A stretch of DNA of 64,000 nt from an uncultured Alphaproteobacteria bacterium (GCA_963732845.1 CAVTBE010000012.1:25090-89089); one strand, 5' to 3'; shown: positions 45,561 through 57,362, counted from the first letter of the stretch. Notes: generated by a model from the sequence alone, not told the origin. Made by a program: numbers and translations.

Positions 45561-45736
45561 CTAGTCCCCGGTCTCGTCCACGTCCAGGCGCCCGGGATGC
45601 TTGGGCTTGCGCGGCGGGTGCCGCGGCCGTTCGGGGCCCTCCACCACCTTCTCGCGGAGAGGCCGGAGCGCAGCGAACGGGCGACCGGGTTGCGCTTCAG
45701 CTTGCGCGGCGCGGCCGTCTTGCGCTTGCCTGCCAT
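45561..45736 (-). pseudogene. Small basic ArfA-like (alternative ribosome-rescue factor-like) ORF with an apparent 1-nt frameshift
   Basis: Frame 1 from ATG 45734-45736 reads '[24 protein letters not shown]' with high GC3, then runs into rare AGA/AGG/TGG codons. The -1 frame then reads '[35 protein letters not shown]' with high GC3, stopping at 45561-45563. Confidence 0.4.
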
Positions 45737-45790
45737 GCCGACCCTGTCGAAAGCGTTGACCCGGCGGGGTTCCTCTCATATCTGAAGCGC

Positions 45791-46330
45791 GTGTCAAAGC
45801 TCGATATCATCATCTTGCCCGACCGCAAGCTGCGCATGACCAGCGACCCCGTCGAACGGGTCGACGACGACCTGCGCAAGTTCATGGATTCCATGCTGGA
45901 GACCATGTACGAGGCGCCGGGCATCGGGCTCGCCGCCATCCAGGTCGCCGTGCCGCGCCGCGTCATCACCATCGATGTCGCCACGCGCGAGGAGGGCGAG
46001 GAGGCCAAGCCCAATCCGCTCTTCCTGGTCAACCCCGAGATCCTTTGGCGTTCCGCCGATTTCGCCGTCGCCGAGGAAGGGTGCCTGTCGATTCCCGAAT
46101 ATTTTGCCGAGGTCGAACGCCCGGCCCAGGTGCGCGTCGCTTTTCTCGACCGCGACGGCAAGCCTCGGGAAGTCACGGCCGACGGCATGCTCGCCGTCGT
46201 CCTGCAGCACGAGATCGACCATCTCGATGGCAAGCTGTTCATCGACTACCTGTCGAAGCTGAAGCGCGACATGGTGATCAAGAAGTTCACCAAGCAGGCG
46301 AAGATCAACGGCAAGCCGGCCGTCATGTAG
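45791..46330 (+). CDS. def: Peptide deformylase
   Basis: 'GIGLAAIQV', 'EGCLSIP' and 'QHEIDHLDG' are the three Def motifs. GTG start. Confidence 0.95.
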   Translation: MSKLDIIILPDRKLRMTSDPVERVDDDLRKFMDSMLETMYEAPGIGLAAIQVAVPRRVITIDVATREEGEEAKPNPLFLVNPEILWRSADFAVAEEGCLSIPEYFAEVERPAQVRVAFLDRDGKPREVTADGMLAVVLQHEIDHLDGKLFIDYLSKLKRDMVIKKFTKQAKINGKPAVM

Positions 46331-46459
46331 CGCTCGCCCGTGGGCGCCCGCCGCCGGCGTTTCCCTTTCCACGTTTCGGCCACAATCCGGCGCCCTTGAT
46401 TGTCCTCGGGCCGGGGCGACGCCCGCGGCTCGTCTGACGAAGAACGAGGGAGAGCCGGC

Positions 46460-46720
46460 ATGAGAAAGACGGTCATGGCCGTGGCCGCGGTTACCTGTCT
46501 CAGCCTCGGCATTGCCGGGTGCAGCACCACCGAGGGTGCGCTCACCGGCGGCGCTATCGGCGCCGCGATCGGCGGGGTCGCCACCAATTCGATCGGCGGC
46601 GCGATTGTCGGTGGCGGCATCGGCGCGCTCGCCGGCGCGGTGCTGGTCAAGCACCGCAATGACGGCTGGTGCACCTACCGCTATCACGGCAGGCTCTATC
46701 GCGACCGCTGCCACTGGTAG
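46460..46720 (+). CDS. Glycine-zipper lipoprotein (17-kDa surface antigen-like)
   Basis: Lipobox 'LSLGIAGC', then 'GGAIGAAIGGVATNSIGGAIVGGGIGALAGAV'. Confidence 0.7.
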   Translation: MRKTVMAVAAVTCLSLGIAGCSTTEGALTGGAIGAAIGGVATNSIGGAIVGGGIGALAGAVLVKHRNDGWCTYRYHGRLYRDRCHW

Positions 46721-46813
46721 GCGGCTGAGCGACACCCGTGTCGCCGGCGCTTGTCAGCCGCCGGCCGGCGGGCCGACCGGCGGCAAGCCTTGCCGCCAGC
46801 CTGAGGGGGCGCT

Positions 46814-47749
46814 ATGCCGCGCCCCATGCGCATCGCCTTTTTCGGAACACCGGATTTCGCCGTCCCCACCCTCACCGAGATCGTCGGCCAGGGCCATGAG
46901 GTCGCCGCGGTCTATACCCAGCCGCCGCGCGCCGCCGGCCGCGGCATGGCCGAGCGCAAGTCGCCGGTGCACGCCGTCGCCGAGCGCTTCGCTCTGCCGG
47001 TGTTCACGCCGACCCGCCTGAAGCCGGAGGACGAGGCGGAGCGCTTCCGCGCTCTCGGTGTCGACGTCGGCGTCGTCGCCGCCTATGGCAGGATCCTGCC
47101 CAAATCCTTCCTCGACGCGCCGCCGGACGGTTTCGTCAACCTGCACGGCTCGCTGCTGCCGCGCTGGCGCGGCGCCGCCCCCGTCGCCCGCGCCATCATG
47201 GCCGGCGACACGGAAACCGGCGTCATGGTCATGCGCATGGAAGAGGGGCTGGATACCGGACCGGTCGCCATGAGCGAACGCATTGCCATTGGTGCGGATG
47301 CCACCGCCGGCGAGATCGGCGACACGCTGGCGGCGCTCGGCGCCGACCTCATGGTGCGCGCGCTGGCGGCGCTCGCGCGCGGCGCTCTCGCCTTCACTCC
47401 GCAGCCGGAAGCAGGCGTCACCTACGCCAGCAAACTCGACAACGCCGAGACCCGTATCGACTGGTCGCGCCCGGAGCAACAGGTCCACAACCACATCCGC
47501 GGCCTGTCGCCCTTCCCCGGCGCCTGGTGCCAGGCCGATTTCGGCAAGGGACCGGAGCGGGTCAAGGTGTTGCGCTCGACGCTCGCCGTGGGGGCCGGAG
47601 CGCCCGGCACCGTGCTCGACGACCAGCTCACCATTGCCTGCGCCTCGGGCGCGGTGCGCCTGACGCAAGTGCAGCGCGCCGGCAAAGGCGCGGTGACGGC
47701 GTCCGAGTTCCTGCGCGGCCTGCACGCGCCGCTTGTCCGCCTCGGCTAG
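46814..47749 (+). CDS. fmt: Methionyl-tRNA formyltransferase
   Basis: '[11 protein letters not shown]', '[16 protein letters not shown]'. It follows def. Confidence 0.95.
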   Translation: MPRPMRIAFFGTPDFAVPTLTEIVGQGHEVAAVYTQPPRAAGRGMAERKSPVHAVAERFALPVFTPTRLKPEDEAERFRALGVDVGVVAAYGRILPKSFLDAPPDGFVNLHGSLLPRWRGAAPVARAIMAGDTETGVMVMRMEEGLDTGPVAMSERIAIGADATAGEIGDTLAALGADLMVRALAALARGALAFTPQPEAGVTYASKLDNAETRIDWSRPEQQVHNHIRGLSPFPGAWCQADFGKGPERVKVLRSTLAVGAGAPGTVLDDQLTIACASGAVRLTQVQRAGKGAVTASEFLRGLHAPLVRLG

Positions 47750-47751
47750 CG

Positions 47752-48489
47752 ATGCCGCGCTACAAGCTGACCATCGAATATGACGGCCGTCCCTATGTCG
47801 GCTGGCAGCGCCAGGAGAACGGCCGCTCGGTGCAGCAGGCGATCGAGGAGGCGGTCGCCGGCTTCTCGGGCGAGACGGTCACGGTCAAGGGCGCCGGGCG
47901 CACCGATTCGGGCGTCCATGCGCTGGGCCAGGTCGCCCATATCGATCTCACCCGCGACTGGCCGGCCGACACCGTCCGCGACGCGCTCAACGCCCATCTG
48001 AGGGCCGAGACCGTCGCCATCCTTGTCGCCGAGGCGGTGGCGGGGGATTTCGACGCCCGCTTCTCGGCGGTGAAGCGCCACTATCTCTACCGCCTGCTTG
48101 ATCGGCGGGCGCCGCCGGTCATCGACCGCGGCCGCGTCTGGTGGGTCGGCCAGCGCCTCGATCACGAGGCCATGCACGCCGCCGCCCAGGCGCTCGTCGG
48201 CAAGCACGATTTCACCACCTTCCGCGCCTCCGAATGCCAGGCGAAATCGCCGGTCAAGACGCTCGACCGGCTCGCCGTGTCGCGCGCCGGCGACGAGATC
48301 GTGGTTGTCGCCGAGGCGCGCTCCTTCCTGCACAATCAGGTGCGCTCGATGGTCGGCACGCTGAAGAAGGTGGGCGACGGCAAATGGCCCATTGCCGCCG
48401 TCGGCGAGGCGCTGGAAGCCGCCGACCGCACGCGCTCCGGTCCGGTGGCGCCGCCCGACGGGCTCTATCTGGTGGCGGTCGATTACTGA
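47752..48489 (+). CDS. truA: tRNA pseudouridine(38-40) synthase
   Basis: '[18 protein letters not shown]', '[17 protein letters not shown]'. ATG at 47752. Confidence 0.95.
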   Translation: MPRYKLTIEYDGRPYVGWQRQENGRSVQQAIEEAVAGFSGETVTVKGAGRTDSGVHALGQVAHIDLTRDWPADTVRDALNAHLRAETVAILVAEAVAGDFDARFSAVKRHYLYRLLDRRAPPVIDRGRVWWVGQRLDHEAMHAAAQALVGKHDFTTFRASECQAKSPVKTLDRLAVSRAGDEIVVVAEARSFLHNQVRSMVGTLKKVGDGKWPIAAVGEALEAADRTRSGPVAPPDGLYLVAVDY

Positions 48490-49085
48490 ATCAGCGGGGT
48501 GATCCCGAACAGCCGGTTGGCCGTCATGACGATGGCCAGGCTGACCAGAAAATCGAGGATGACGAAGGCGACGGCGACGTCCGCACCGGCGCCGAGCGAT
48601 TTCCGCGCGATCTCGTAGCTCATGCGGAAGGTGGCAACCAGCGCCACCAGCGACGGCAGCACCAGCATGGTGGGAGTGGCGAGGCCGGCGAGGTCGATCA
48701 GCCCGATCGCGGCGAAGGGGACGATCATCAGCACCGTCGCCCAGTTGCGCGCCACGATGTAGCCGGGATAGCCGCGCCGTATGCCGATGAAGCCGGCGAT
48801 CAGCCCGAGCAGGAGCGGCAGCGTCAACCAGTCGAGACCGAGCGTCAGCGCCTTGGCCGCCCAGAACTGGACGTTGGTGAAATCGTCGGTGGGGTTGGCG
48901 TCGGTCAACAGGTCGTGGCGGTCGGCCAGCGCCGTCAGCCCGTAGAGCGGCGCCACCAGGATGATGGCGCGGAAGGAGCGCCAGAAGCCGTCGACGCTGG
49001 CGTCGAAGAAGCGCATGGCGTCCGGCTTGCCCAGGAACAGCCGCCACGCGCCGGTCAGCGAGCGGACGATCTCGACGCGGTCCAT
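48483..49085 (-). CDS. Conserved integral membrane protein (200 aa)
   Basis: At least four hydrophobic segments. Its ATG shares one base with the dapE stop (TGATG), implying co-translation. Confidence 0.65.
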   Translation of the reverse strand: MDRVEIVRSLTGAWRLFLGKPDAMRFFDASVDGFWRSFRAIILVAPLYGLTALADRHDLLTDANPTDDFTNVQFWAAKALTLGLDWLTLPLLLGLIAGFIGIRRGYPGYIVARNWATVLMIVPFAAIGLIDLAGLATPTMLVLPSLVALVATFRMSYEIARKSLGAGADVAVAFVILDFLVSLAIVMTANRLFGITPLIQ

Positions 49086-50272
49086 CAGACCTCTGCCTTG
49101 CCGTCGGCGAAGAAGCGGTCGAGGAAGGTGCGATAGATGGCGGTGAGCGTGCCCAGGTCGGCAAGCGGCACGCGCTCGTCCACCTGGTGCATGGTGTCGC
49201 CGACCAGGCCGAACTCGACCACCGGGCAGACCCCCTTGAAGAAGCGTGCGTCGGAAGTGCCGCCGCCGGTCGAGGGCGACGGGAAGGTGCCGGCCACCGC
49301 GCCGATCGCCGTCGACAGGCTGTCGGTCAGCGGGCCGGAGCGGGTCAGGAAGGATTCGCTGTCACCCGGCTCGACGGCAAGCGTCACCGTCGCCTTGCCG
49401 GGCGCGTCGGCGAGCGCCGCTTCGATCTCGGCGCGCAGATGCGCCGTCAGCGTCGCGCTCGTCCACGCGTCGTTGAAGCGCACGTTGAAGCGCGCCTTCG
49501 CCTCCGCCGGGATCACGTTGAAGGCCGGATTGCCGGTATCGATGCTGGTGATCTCCAGGTTGGACGCCTCGAAATCGGCGCTGCCGGTGTCGAGCGTCAG
49601 CCGCGCCAGCCGGTCAGCCACGCGGATGAGCCGCGGCAGCGGGTTGTCGGCAAGCTGCGGATAGGCCGCATGGCCCTGCCGCCCGACCGCCGTGATGGTG
49701 CCCGACAGGCTGCCGCGCCGGCCGATCTTGATGGTGTCGCCGAGCTTCCGGCGCGAGGTCGGCTCGCCGACCAGCGCCGCGTCGAAGCGGTGGCCCTGCT
49801 CCAGCGCCCAGGCGAGCGTCTTCACCGTGCCGTTCACGGCCGGGCCTTCCTCGTCGCCGGTGATGAGCAGCGACAGCGTGCCGGCCGGCTTGCCCGCGTC
49901 GGCGAGCTTGGCAAGCGCCGCCGCCATGAAGCAGGCGATGCCGCCCTTCATGTCCACTGCGCCGCGCCCGTAGAGGGCGCCGCCTGCCGTTTCGCCGGCA
50001 AAGGGCGGATGCGTCCAGCGGCTCTCCATGCCCGCCGGCACCACGTCGGTGTGGCCGGCGAAGACCAGATGCGGCGCGCCGCTGCCGATGGTGGCGAAGA
50101 GGTTATCGACATCCGGCGTGCCCGGCGCCGAGAAGGTCAGCCGCTCGACCGTGAAGCCGGCGTCGGCCAGCACACCCGCCATCCACGCCTGTGCGCCGCC
50201 CTCCGCCGGGGTCACCGAGCGGCACGCGATCAGCGCCTTGAGGAACGCGGCCGGGTCGAACGTCTGGGTCAT
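49085..50272 (-). CDS. dapE: Succinyl-diaminopimelate desuccinylase (M20 family)
   Basis: 'LVFAGHTDVVP', 'GRGAVDMKGG', 'ITGDEEG'. Confidence 0.9.
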   Translation of the reverse strand: MTQTFDPAAFLKALIACRSVTPAEGGAQAWMAGVLADAGFTVERLTFSAPGTPDVDNLFATIGSGAPHLVFAGHTDVVPAGMESRWTHPPFAGETAGGALYGRGAVDMKGGIACFMAAALAKLADAGKPAGTLSLLITGDEEGPAVNGTVKTLAWALEQGHRFDAALVGEPTSRRKLGDTIKIGRRGSLSGTITAVGRQGHAAYPQLADNPLPRLIRVADRLARLTLDTGSADFEASNLEITSIDTGNPAFNVIPAEAKARFNVRFNDAWTSATLTAHLRAEIEAALADAPGKATVTLAVEPGDSESFLTRSGPLTDSLSTAIGAVAGTFPSPSTGGGTSDARFFKGVCPVVEFGLVGDTMHQVDERVPLADLGTLTAIYRTFLDRFFADGKAEV

Positions 50273-50385
50273 GGTGCTCGCGCGCGAGGAGGAGAAGGGC
50301 GTCAGCGCCTGCGGTTTAGCGAGGCTTGCCTGCGGCCGTCAATCGGGACGGCCGATCCGGGCCGAGTGGCGATCCACCGTGCCGG

Positions 50386-50756
50386 TCAATTCGGGTCGAA
50401 GCGTGGCGGCGCCCCGTATTGGTTGGGGCCGGGATTGCCGGCGACGAAGGCCATCGCAACCAGCCAGATGAAGCCGACAAAGGGCACCAGCAGGAGCAGC
50501 GTGAAGGTGCCCGAAAGCGCCAGGTCGTGGCAGCGTTTGGCGGCCAGCACGAACAAGGCGAGGGTCGAGGGGAAGGCGGAGATCATGATCGTCAGCCCAA
50601 GCGCCAGGTCGTGGTTGTCCTGGTGCAGGGCAAAAGCGATCAGCGCAGCGTTCGCCGCATAGACGAAGGCGAGGCCGAGCACGTATTCCCGGCGCGAAAT
50701 CCGCCCGCCGACGGTAAAGAAGAAGCGCAGGAAGTCGTCGAAACGGAACGGCCGCA
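50386..50756 (-). CDS. DUF805 inner-membrane protein (paralogue 1)
   Basis: 'GRISRREYVLG...AAKRCHDL' is the DUF805 pattern. Start at ATG 50754-50756. Confidence 0.7.
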
Positions 50757-50816
50757 TCGCATTAACGGGGGGGCGGGAGCGTCGCTCCCGCCCGCTTCCG
50801 AATAGTGCTGCCCGGT

Positions 50817-51278
50817 TCAGCCCGGCAGTGGATCGGGGCCATAGGCATTGTCGCCGACCGTGCCGCGCAGGATGCCAAGCTCGACCAGGACCCAGATGCC
50901 GACCGCCAGCATCACGAGGCCAAACAACATCCCGAGAATATTGGACGCGCCCTGAACGCCGATGAGGCCAGTCAGCGCCAGCAGCGAGTACAGGATGTTG
51001 ATGCCGATAACCGCGGCGGCGTAGGTGGTGCCCGGCTTGGCCCGGTCCTGGAAGCGTTTCGCCAGCAAGGCATAGCCCGGGTAGGCCAGCGCCAGCTGGA
51101 CGAGGAAGTTGATCAGCCGCGTGGCGAGGCTGAGCCAGCCAAAGAGGCTGCCGACGATCAGCCCGATGACGATGCTGACGATCGCCAACGCGATGGCACC
51201 GATCCAGAAGGTCTGGCGGCCGATGCGACCCTCGGTGGTCAGGTAGAGATGATTGACGTCGAAATTCATGGCAGGCAC
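50817..51278 (-). CDS. DUF805 inner-membrane protein (paralogue 2)
   Basis: 'EGRIGRQTFWIGAI...LLAKRFQDR' with 4 TM segments. Confidence 0.7.
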   Translation of the reverse strand: MPAMNFDVNHLYLTTEGRIGRQTFWIGAIALAIVSIVIGLIVGSLFGWLSLATRLINFLVQLALAYPGYALLAKRFQDRAKPGTTYAAAVIGINILYSLLALTGLIGVQGASNILGMLFGLVMLAVGIWVLVELGILRGTVGDNAYGPDPLPG

Positions 51279-51348
51279 TCCCGCGTTGCGGCATCTGCCG
51301 GCAAGGAACGACCCGAGTCTTCCGTCGCGCCCGACAAGGCGCGGCCCG

Positions 51349-51612
51349 TTAGGTTTGCGGATGCTGCTGGTTCAGCACTTCCGCGCGCGTATTGGCGGCA
51401 ATCTCGGCGAGCAGGAAGAAGAAAGCTGCCAGGACGGACGCAATAATGAAGCCGAGAATCCCGCCGACGATGAAGGCGAGGATCGCGCTGGCGCTACCGT
51501 AATCCTGTGCCGCCACGGCGGCGCTGATGGCGAGCGCCAACGTCAGCAAGATGACGAAAAACACCATCATCACTTCGGCGATCTTGATGATGAAGCGTCT
51601 GAAACCTCCCAT
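51349..51612 (-). CDS. Small two-TM membrane protein
   Basis: Hydrophobic segments 'VMMVFFVILLTLALAISAAVAA' and 'ILAFIVGGILGFIIASVLAAFFFLLA'. Start choice is uncertain. Confidence 0.5.
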   Translation of the reverse strand: MGGFRRFIIKIAEVMMVFFVILLTLALAISAAVAAQDYGSASAILAFIVGGILGFIIASVLAAFFFLLAEIAANTRAEVLNQQHPQT

Positions 51613-51676
51613 GACCGTGCCCCTTTGTCTTGGCTGATCGACGAGAATCAACCCTACAGAAGGCAGGCCCGATCAT

Positions 51677-52525
51677 CTAGTCTCTGAGTAGATCATTCAC
51701 CGAAGTCTTTGAGCGCGTCTTTTCGTCGACCTTCTTGACGATCACTGCGCAGTAAAGCGACGGCCCCGGCTGGCCGTCCGGCAGCGGCTTGCCCGGCAGC
51801 GAGCCGGAGACGACCACCGAATAGGGCGGTACCCGCCCCATATGGATCTCGCCCGTCGCCCGGTCGACGATCTTGGTCGAGGCGCCGAGATAGACCCCCA
51901 TCGACAGCACCGAGCCCTCGCCGACCACAACCCCCTCGGCCACTTCGGCGCGGGCGCCGATGAAGCAGTTGTCCTCGATGATCACCGGCCCCGCCTGCAG
52001 CGGCTCCAGCACGCCGCCGATGCCGGCGCCGCCGGAGATGTGCACGTTCTTGCCGATCTGCGCGCAGGAGCCGACCGTCGCCCAGGTATCGACCATGGTG
52101 CCGGAATCGACATGGGCGCCGAGATTGACGAAGCAGGGCATCAGCACCACGCCCGGCGCGACATAGGCCGAGCGCCGCACGATGCAGTTGGGCACGGCGC
52201 GGAAGCCGGCTCGTGTGAAGTCGGCCGGGCCCCAGCCGGCGAACTTGGAGGGCACCTTGTCCCACCAGCCGCCGCCGTCCGGTCCGCCGGGGATCAGGCC
52301 CATCGGGTTGAGGCGGAAGGAGAGCAGCACCGCCTTCTTCAGCCACTGGTTCACCGTCCAGCCATCCGCCCCTTTTTCAGCCACGCGCACCGCGCCGCCG
52401 TCGAGCAGGCCGAGGGTGGCGTCCACGGCTTCGCGCACGGCTCCGGTCGTCTCCGGGCTGATCGTGTCGCGCCTCTCAAAGGCAGCCTCGATGGTCGCTT
52501 GCAGGGCGGCGGTGGAGGGGGTCAT
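51677..52525 (-). CDS. dapD: 2,3,4,5-tetrahydropyridine-2,6-dicarboxylate N-succinyltransferase
   Basis: Hexapeptide-repeat region '[40 protein letters not shown]' and the DapD N-terminal domain. Confidence 0.9.
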   Translation of the reverse strand: MTPSTAALQATIEAAFERRDTISPETTGAVREAVDATLGLLDGGAVRVAEKGADGWTVNQWLKKAVLLSFRLNPMGLIPGGPDGGGWWDKVPSKFAGWGPADFTRAGFRAVPNCIVRRSAYVAPGVVLMPCFVNLGAHVDSGTMVDTWATVGSCAQIGKNVHISGGAGIGGVLEPLQAGPVIIEDNCFIGARAEVAEGVVVGEGSVLSMGVYLGASTKIVDRATGEIHMGRVPPYSVVVSGSLPGKPLPDGQPGPSLYCAVIVKKVDEKTRSKTSVNDLLRD

Positions 52526-52612
52526 CGCAAGGGGTCCGTTGATCTGAAGGGTCGGCGGCGGACCATAGTGACGGACAGGGGGAAGTCAACGCGGCGTGAG
52601 GCGCCTTGCGCT

Positions 52613-53326
52613 TCAGCCCGGCCGGCTCGCCGCCAACACCGCTTCGAGGAAGCCGGCGAGATCGTCGGTGACGAAGCCCACATGCGGCGCGTCGCGGCCC
52701 TCCATCTCCCAGTCCTCGGTCAGCACCGCGCGGGTGCCGTGCGGCACCACCAGCACGGTCGCCATGCCGAGGTCCTTGGGCACTTCGAGATTGCGCGCCA
52801 GGTCCTCGAACATCGCCGCGCGCGCGGGGTCGACGCCGGTCACCGCCAGGAAGCGGTCGTAGGTCGCGCGGTTGGGCTTGGGCAGAAGCTCGGAGGAGAC
52901 GATGTCGAAGATCTCTTCGAAGTGGTCGGGAATGCCGAGGCGTGTCGCCACCTTCTCGGCATGCGCTTTGCTGCCGTTGGTGAGGATGAACTTGCGCCCC
53001 GGCAGCCGTTCGATCGCCGCCGCCAGGCGCGGGTCGGGCATGACCACCGAATGGTCGATGTCGTGGACATATTCGAGGAAGTCGTCGGGCACGATGCCGT
53101 GCTCCTCCATCAGCCCGCGCAGCGTCGTGCCGTAGCGCTGGTAATAGTCCTTCTGCACCCGGTGGGCCTCGTCCGGGCCGATCGCGAGCAGCCGGCCGAC
53201 ATAGTCGCGGATGCGCGTGTCGACCTGCTTGAACAGGTTCGTGTGGCGCGGATAGAGCGTGTTGTCGAGGTCGAAGACCCAGGCGTCGACCACCGCGAAG
53301 CGCGTGAGGTCCGCCGCCGCGCTCAT
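52613..53326 (-). CDS. HAD-superfamily pyrimidine 5'-nucleotidase
   Basis: '[10 protein letters not shown]' (DxDxT), '[10 protein letters not shown]', 'MFEDLARNL'. Confidence 0.8.
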   Translation of the reverse strand: MSAAADLTRFAVVDAWVFDLDNTLYPRHTNLFKQVDTRIRDYVGRLLAIGPDEAHRVQKDYYQRYGTTLRGLMEEHGIVPDDFLEYVHDIDHSVVMPDPRLAAAIERLPGRKFILTNGSKAHAEKVATRLGIPDHFEEIFDIVSSELLPKPNRATYDRFLAVTGVDPARAAMFEDLARNLEVPKDLGMATVLVVPHGTRAVLTEDWEMEGRDAPHVGFVTDDLAGFLEAVLAASRPG

Positions 53327-54237
53327 GGCAGGATCAGCGTGCCGGCGCCGTGGTCGGTGTAGAGCTCCAGCAGCACCGCATGCGGCGTCTTGCCGTTGAG
53401 GATGACGACACCCTCGACGCCGCGTTCCAGTGCCTCGATGCAGGTCTCGACCTTGGGGATCATGCCGCCGGTGATGGTGCCGTCGGCGATCAGCTTGCGC
53501 ACCTCGGCGACCGTCAGTTCCTTGATCAGCTCGCCGTCCTTGTCGAGGACGCCGGGCACGTCGGTGAGGAAGAGCAGGCGGGTCGCATTGAGGGCGCCGG
53601 CCACCGCGCCAGCGAAGGTGTCAGCGTTGACGTTGTAGGTGTTGCCGTCGAGCCCCGGCGCCACCGGCGCGATCACCGGGATCAGCTCGGCCGACAGCAC
53701 CATGTCGATGACGGCGCGGTTGACCTTCTTGGGCTCGCCGACGAATCCGAGATCGACCACCTTCTCGATGTTGGAATCGGGATCGACCTCCCTGCGCGTC
53801 ACCTTCTCGGCGAACACCATGTTGCCGTCCTTGCCGGAGAGGCCGACCGCCTTGCCCCCTTCGGCATTGATCGCCATCACGATCTCCTTGTTGATCGATC
53901 CGGCGAGCACCATCTCGACCACCTCGACCGTCTTCTTGTCAGTGACGCGCAGCCCCGAGCGGAACTCCGACTTGATGTCGAGCCGCTTCAGCATGTCGCC
54001 GATCTGCGGGCCGCCGCCATGCACCACCACCGGCCGCGCGCCGGAGGTCTCCAAGAGCGTGATGTCGCGCGCAAACGCCTTGGAAAGGTCGGGATCGCCC
54101 ATGGCGTGGCCGCCATATTTCACCACCACCACCTTGCCGTCATAGGCGAGCATGTAGGGCAGTGCCGCCGAGATCAGCCGGGCGCGGGCGATCGCTTCGG
54201 CGGTATCCTGATCGGAGGTCTGGCTCATCTCTGTCAT
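53323..54237 (-). CDS. argB: Acetylglutamate kinase
   Basis: '[11 protein letters not shown]', '[10 protein letters not shown]', 'NVNADTFAG'. Start taken at ATG 54235-54237; the track ORF starts 51 nt upstream. Confidence 0.9.
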   Translation of the reverse strand: MTEMSQTSDQDTAEAIARARLISAALPYMLAYDGKVVVVKYGGHAMGDPDLSKAFARDITLLETSGARPVVVHGGGPQIGDMLKRLDIKSEFRSGLRVTDKKTVEVVEMVLAGSINKEIVMAINAEGGKAVGLSGKDGNMVFAEKVTRREVDPDSNIEKVVDLGFVGEPKKVNRAVIDMVLSAELIPVIAPVAPGLDGNTYNVNADTFAGAVAGALNATRLLFLTDVPGVLDKDGELIKELTVAEVRKLIADGTITGGMIPKVETCIEALERGVEGVVILNGKTPHAVLLELYTDHGAGTLILP

Positions 54238-54293
54238 CCGTCGTTGAAGGGCCGGTCTATACCGGGTTTGCGACAGGGGGACAAACAAGGCCG

Positions 54294-54944
54294 TTAAGGC
54301 AAGTGAGCGATTTCCGCTCTCAGCACATCGATCCCGGCGCCGGTCGCCGCCGAGGTCGCCAGCACCTCAGGGTGCGCCGCCGGACGCTTGGCGAGCCGCG
54401 CCGCCGTCGCGGCGATGACGCCGGGCAGCGCGCTGGCCTTCACCTTGTCGGCCTTGGTCAGCACGATCTGATAGGACACCGCCGCCTTGTCGAGGGTGGC
54501 GAGCGCCTCCTCGTCATTGGGCTTGAGCCCGTGGCGGGCATCGACCAGCACATAGACACGGCGGAGCCGCGGCCGCCCGCGCAGATAGTCGAACACCGTG
54601 CGCGTCCACGCCGCCACCTCGGTCTTCGGAGCCCGTGCATAGCCGTAGCCGGGCATGTCGACGATGGCGACGCCGGCTTCCGCCGAAAACAGGTTCAGCT
54701 CGCGCGTCCGCCCCGGCGTGTTGGAGGTGCGCGCCAGTGCGGTCTGCCCGGTCAGTGAATTGATCAGCGACGATTTGCCGACATTGGAGCGGCCGGCGAA
54801 AGCCACCTCGATGGCATCGGCAACCGGCAGCTTGGCCGCCACCGGCGCGCCGGCGACGAAGTGCCAGGCCCTGGCGAAGAACAGCCGCCCGGCCTCGATG
54901 GACTCGGCCTCGCTGCGCTCCGCTGTGTCCGCGATCTCGGGCAT
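54294..54944 (-). CDS. engB: Ribosome biogenesis GTP-binding protein YihA/EngB
   Basis: G1 '[14 protein letters not shown]', G3 'DMPGYG', G4 'TKADK'. Confidence 0.9.
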   Translation of the reverse strand: MPEIADTAERSEAESIEAGRLFFARAWHFVAGAPVAAKLPVADAIEVAFAGRSNVGKSSLINSLTGQTALARTSNTPGRTRELNLFSAEAGVAIVDMPGYGYARAPKTEVAAWTRTVFDYLRGRPRLRRVYVLVDARHGLKPNDEEALATLDKAAVSYQIVLTKADKVKASALPGVIAATAARLAKRPAAHPEVLATSAATGAGIDVLRAEIAHLP

Positions 54945-54963
54945 GGCGTCCGCGCGCCGGCCG

Positions 54964-57006
54964 TCAGCTCTTGGCCTCGGCCTTGGCCCCGGTCTTGGCC
55001 TTGGCCTTGGCGCGGGCGGCGGCGCGGCGCGACTTCACCGTCGATTTCGCCGGCTTGTCGGTCGCTGCCTGCGGCTTCGCCGAATCGTTGGCCGCCTTCG
55101 GCGTCGCCGGCGCCGGCTTTGCCGCCGGCCCGGGATGCGCCGCCGGCGCCGGTTTCTTCTTCTTCTTGCCGAAGGTTTCGAGGATGTTGCCGAAGAGGTT
55201 CACCTCGGTCCCCGAGCGCCTCATGATGATGTACTGCTGGGTCACCGAGAGCGTATTGTTCCACGCCCAGTAGATCACCAGTCCGGCCGGGAACGAGGCC
55301 AGCATGAAGGTGAACAGCACCGGCATCCAGGTGAACAGCATCGCCTGCGTGGGGTCGGGCGGGGTCGGGTTCAGCTTCATCTGCACGAACATGGTGATGC
55401 CCATGATCACCGGCCAAATGCCGATGGCCAGGAAGTGGCCGATCATCGGCACGCTCGCCGGGTCGTAGGGCAACAGCCCGAACAGGTTGAAGATGTGCGT
55501 CGGGTCGGGTGCCGAGAGGTCGTGGATCCAGCCGAAGAAGGGCGCGTGACGCATCTCGATGGTGACGAAAAGCACCTTGTAGAGCGAGAAAAAGACCGGG
55601 ATCTGGATGACCATCGGCCAGCAGCCGGCCAGCGGATTGATCTTCTCGGTCTTGTAGAGCTGCATCAAGGCTTCTTGCTGCTTGACCTTGTCGTCCTTGT
55701 ATTGCTCGCGCAGCGCCGTCATCTGCGGCTGCAGCTTCTTCATCTGGCTCATCGACTTGTAGGAGCGGTTGGCCAGCGGGAAGAATGCGGCCTTGACCAG
55801 CACCGTCACCAGCAGGATGGCGACGCCGAAATTGCCGAAGACGCGATAGAGCCAGTCGATCAGCAGGAACATCGGCTTGGTGATGAAGAAGAACCATCCC
55901 CAGTCGATCAGCAGGTCGAATTTCTCGATGCCCAGCTTGTCGCGGTAGGCGGACAGCACGCTCACCCGCTTGGCGCCGGCGAACAGGCGGCTGGTCTGGG
56001 TGATCGTGGCGCCCGGCGCCAGGTTTTCCGCTGCGGCGGTGAAATCGGTCTGATAGACCGGCGTACCGTCGTTCTTGCCGATGTAGTGCGCGCTGTAGGT
56101 CTGATCCTGCTCGGGGATCAGCGTCGTCGCCCAGTACTTGTCGGTGATGCCGAGCCAGCCACCGGTCATGTCGGTCCACGACACCTCGTGGTCCTTCTGG
56201 ATGTCCTTGTACTTGTATTCCTGCAGCCCCTTGGCGCCGATCACGCCGACCAGGCCCTCGTGCAGGATGTAGTAGCCGGAGGTCGGCGGCTCGCCGACGC
56301 GGGTGATGCGGCCGAAGGGCGACAGTGCGATGCTTGCATTGCCCTTGTTGGCGACGCTGTCGGTCACCGTCAGCATGTATGTGTCGTCGATGGCGATCTC
56401 GCGGCTGAAGACCAGTCCGGCGCCGTTGTCATAGGTCAGCGTCACCGGCGAGGTCGGGGTCAGCTTGGCGCCCGCCGGGGCCGACCATTCGGTCGTCGCG
56501 CCGGGAAGGGGGCCGGCATCGGCCGGGCCGACCCAGCCGAAATCGGCGAAATAGGCATCCGGCCCGCCGCTCGGCGAAAGCAGCACGATGGTCGGGCTCT
56601 GCTTGTCGACGGTCTCGTGATAGTCGTTGAGGCGGATGTCGTCGACACGCCCGCCGGTGAGGTTGATCGAGCCGGAGACCGCCGGCGTCGCGATCGGCAC
56701 GCGCTTGGACTGGGCGAGCGCTTCGTCGCGGGTCTCGGCGGTCTGCTTGACCGCAACCGCGGCCGGCGCGTTGCCGGTCGCCGGAGCCGCGGTGGTGGTG
56801 CCGCCGGCTGTCTGGCCACCGCTGGCCGCCTGGTCGCCGGTCGCCGCCGGCTGCTGCTTTGCCTGTTCGGCCGCCTGCTGCGCGGCGATTTCCTGCTGCT
56901 TGCGCGCCTGTTCGATCTGCGGTCCGGCAATGAAGAACTGCCATCCGAACAGGACGATCATCGACAGCACGATCGCCAGGATGAAATTTCGGTTGTTGTC
57001 CTTCAT
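54964..57006 (-). CDS. yidC: Membrane protein insertase YidC (with a long Lys/Ala/Pro-rich C-terminal tail)
   Basis: Large periplasmic domain plus the conserved 60-kDa IMP core ('[19 protein letters not shown]', '[12 protein letters not shown]'). The last roughly 70 aa are '[14 protein letters not shown]...[15 protein letters not shown]'. Confidence 0.9.
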   Translation of the reverse strand: MKDNNRNFILAIVLSMIVLFGWQFFIAGPQIEQARKQQEIAAQQAAEQAKQQPAATGDQAASGGQTAGGTTTAAPATGNAPAAVAVKQTAETRDEALAQSKRVPIATPAVSGSINLTGGRVDDIRLNDYHETVDKQSPTIVLLSPSGGPDAYFADFGWVGPADAGPLPGATTEWSAPAGAKLTPTSPVTLTYDNGAGLVFSREIAIDDTYMLTVTDSVANKGNASIALSPFGRITRVGEPPTSGYYILHEGLVGVIGAKGLQEYKYKDIQKDHEVSWTDMTGGWLGITDKYWATTLIPEQDQTYSAHYIGKNDGTPVYQTDFTAAAENLAPGATITQTSRLFAGAKRVSVLSAYRDKLGIEKFDLLIDWGWFFFITKPMFLLIDWLYRVFGNFGVAILLVTVLVKAAFFPLANRSYKSMSQMKKLQPQMTALREQYKDDKVKQQEALMQLYKTEKINPLAGCWPMVIQIPVFFSLYKVLFVTIEMRHAPFFGWIHDLSAPDPTHIFNLFGLLPYDPASVPMIGHFLAIGIWPVIMGITMFVQMKLNPTPPDPTQAMLFTWMPVLFTFMLASFPAGLVIYWAWNNTLSVTQQYIIMRRSGTEVNLFGNILETFGKKKKKPAPAAHPGPAAKPAPATPKAANDSAKPQAATDKPAKSTVKSRRAAARAKAKAKTGAKAEAKS

Positions 57007-57362
57007 TGAATCGACCTGTCCGGCGCTTGCGGGTGGCGCGAGAGGGCGGCCAACCCGGTCTCTAGATCGGTGACCAGCCGCGCGAATTGAAGGGTCAGGG
57101 CGGCACGACGGCCGACAAGCACGTAATCCGTGGCGGTTTCAAGGTACCCGCCGGCGGCGTCGACCGCCGCCCTTAACCGGCGGCGGATGCGATTGCGCAC
57201 GACCGCGTTGCCGATCTTCCGCGTCACCGTGAACCCCACCCGGGGCGGCCGCTGGCCTTCGTCGTCCGCGTTTCTCAGCGCCTGCAGCACGAAACCCGGG
57301 CGCGAAACCCGTCTGCCACCGCTAACCGCCTTGAAGTCGGCGCGGCGCCGCAGGCGCTCCAT
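57003..57362 (-). CDS. rnpA: Ribonuclease P protein component
   Basis: 'RVGFTVTRKIGNAVVRNRIRRRLR' is the RnpA motif. Its stop overlaps the yidC ATG (ATGA). Start at ATG 57360-57362. Confidence 0.85.
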   Translation of the reverse strand: MERLRRRADFKAVSGGRRVSRPGFVLQALRNADDEGQRPPRVGFTVTRKIGNAVVRNRIRRRLRAAVDAAGGYLETATDYVLVGRRAALTLQFARLVTDLETGLAALSRHPQAPDRSIQ

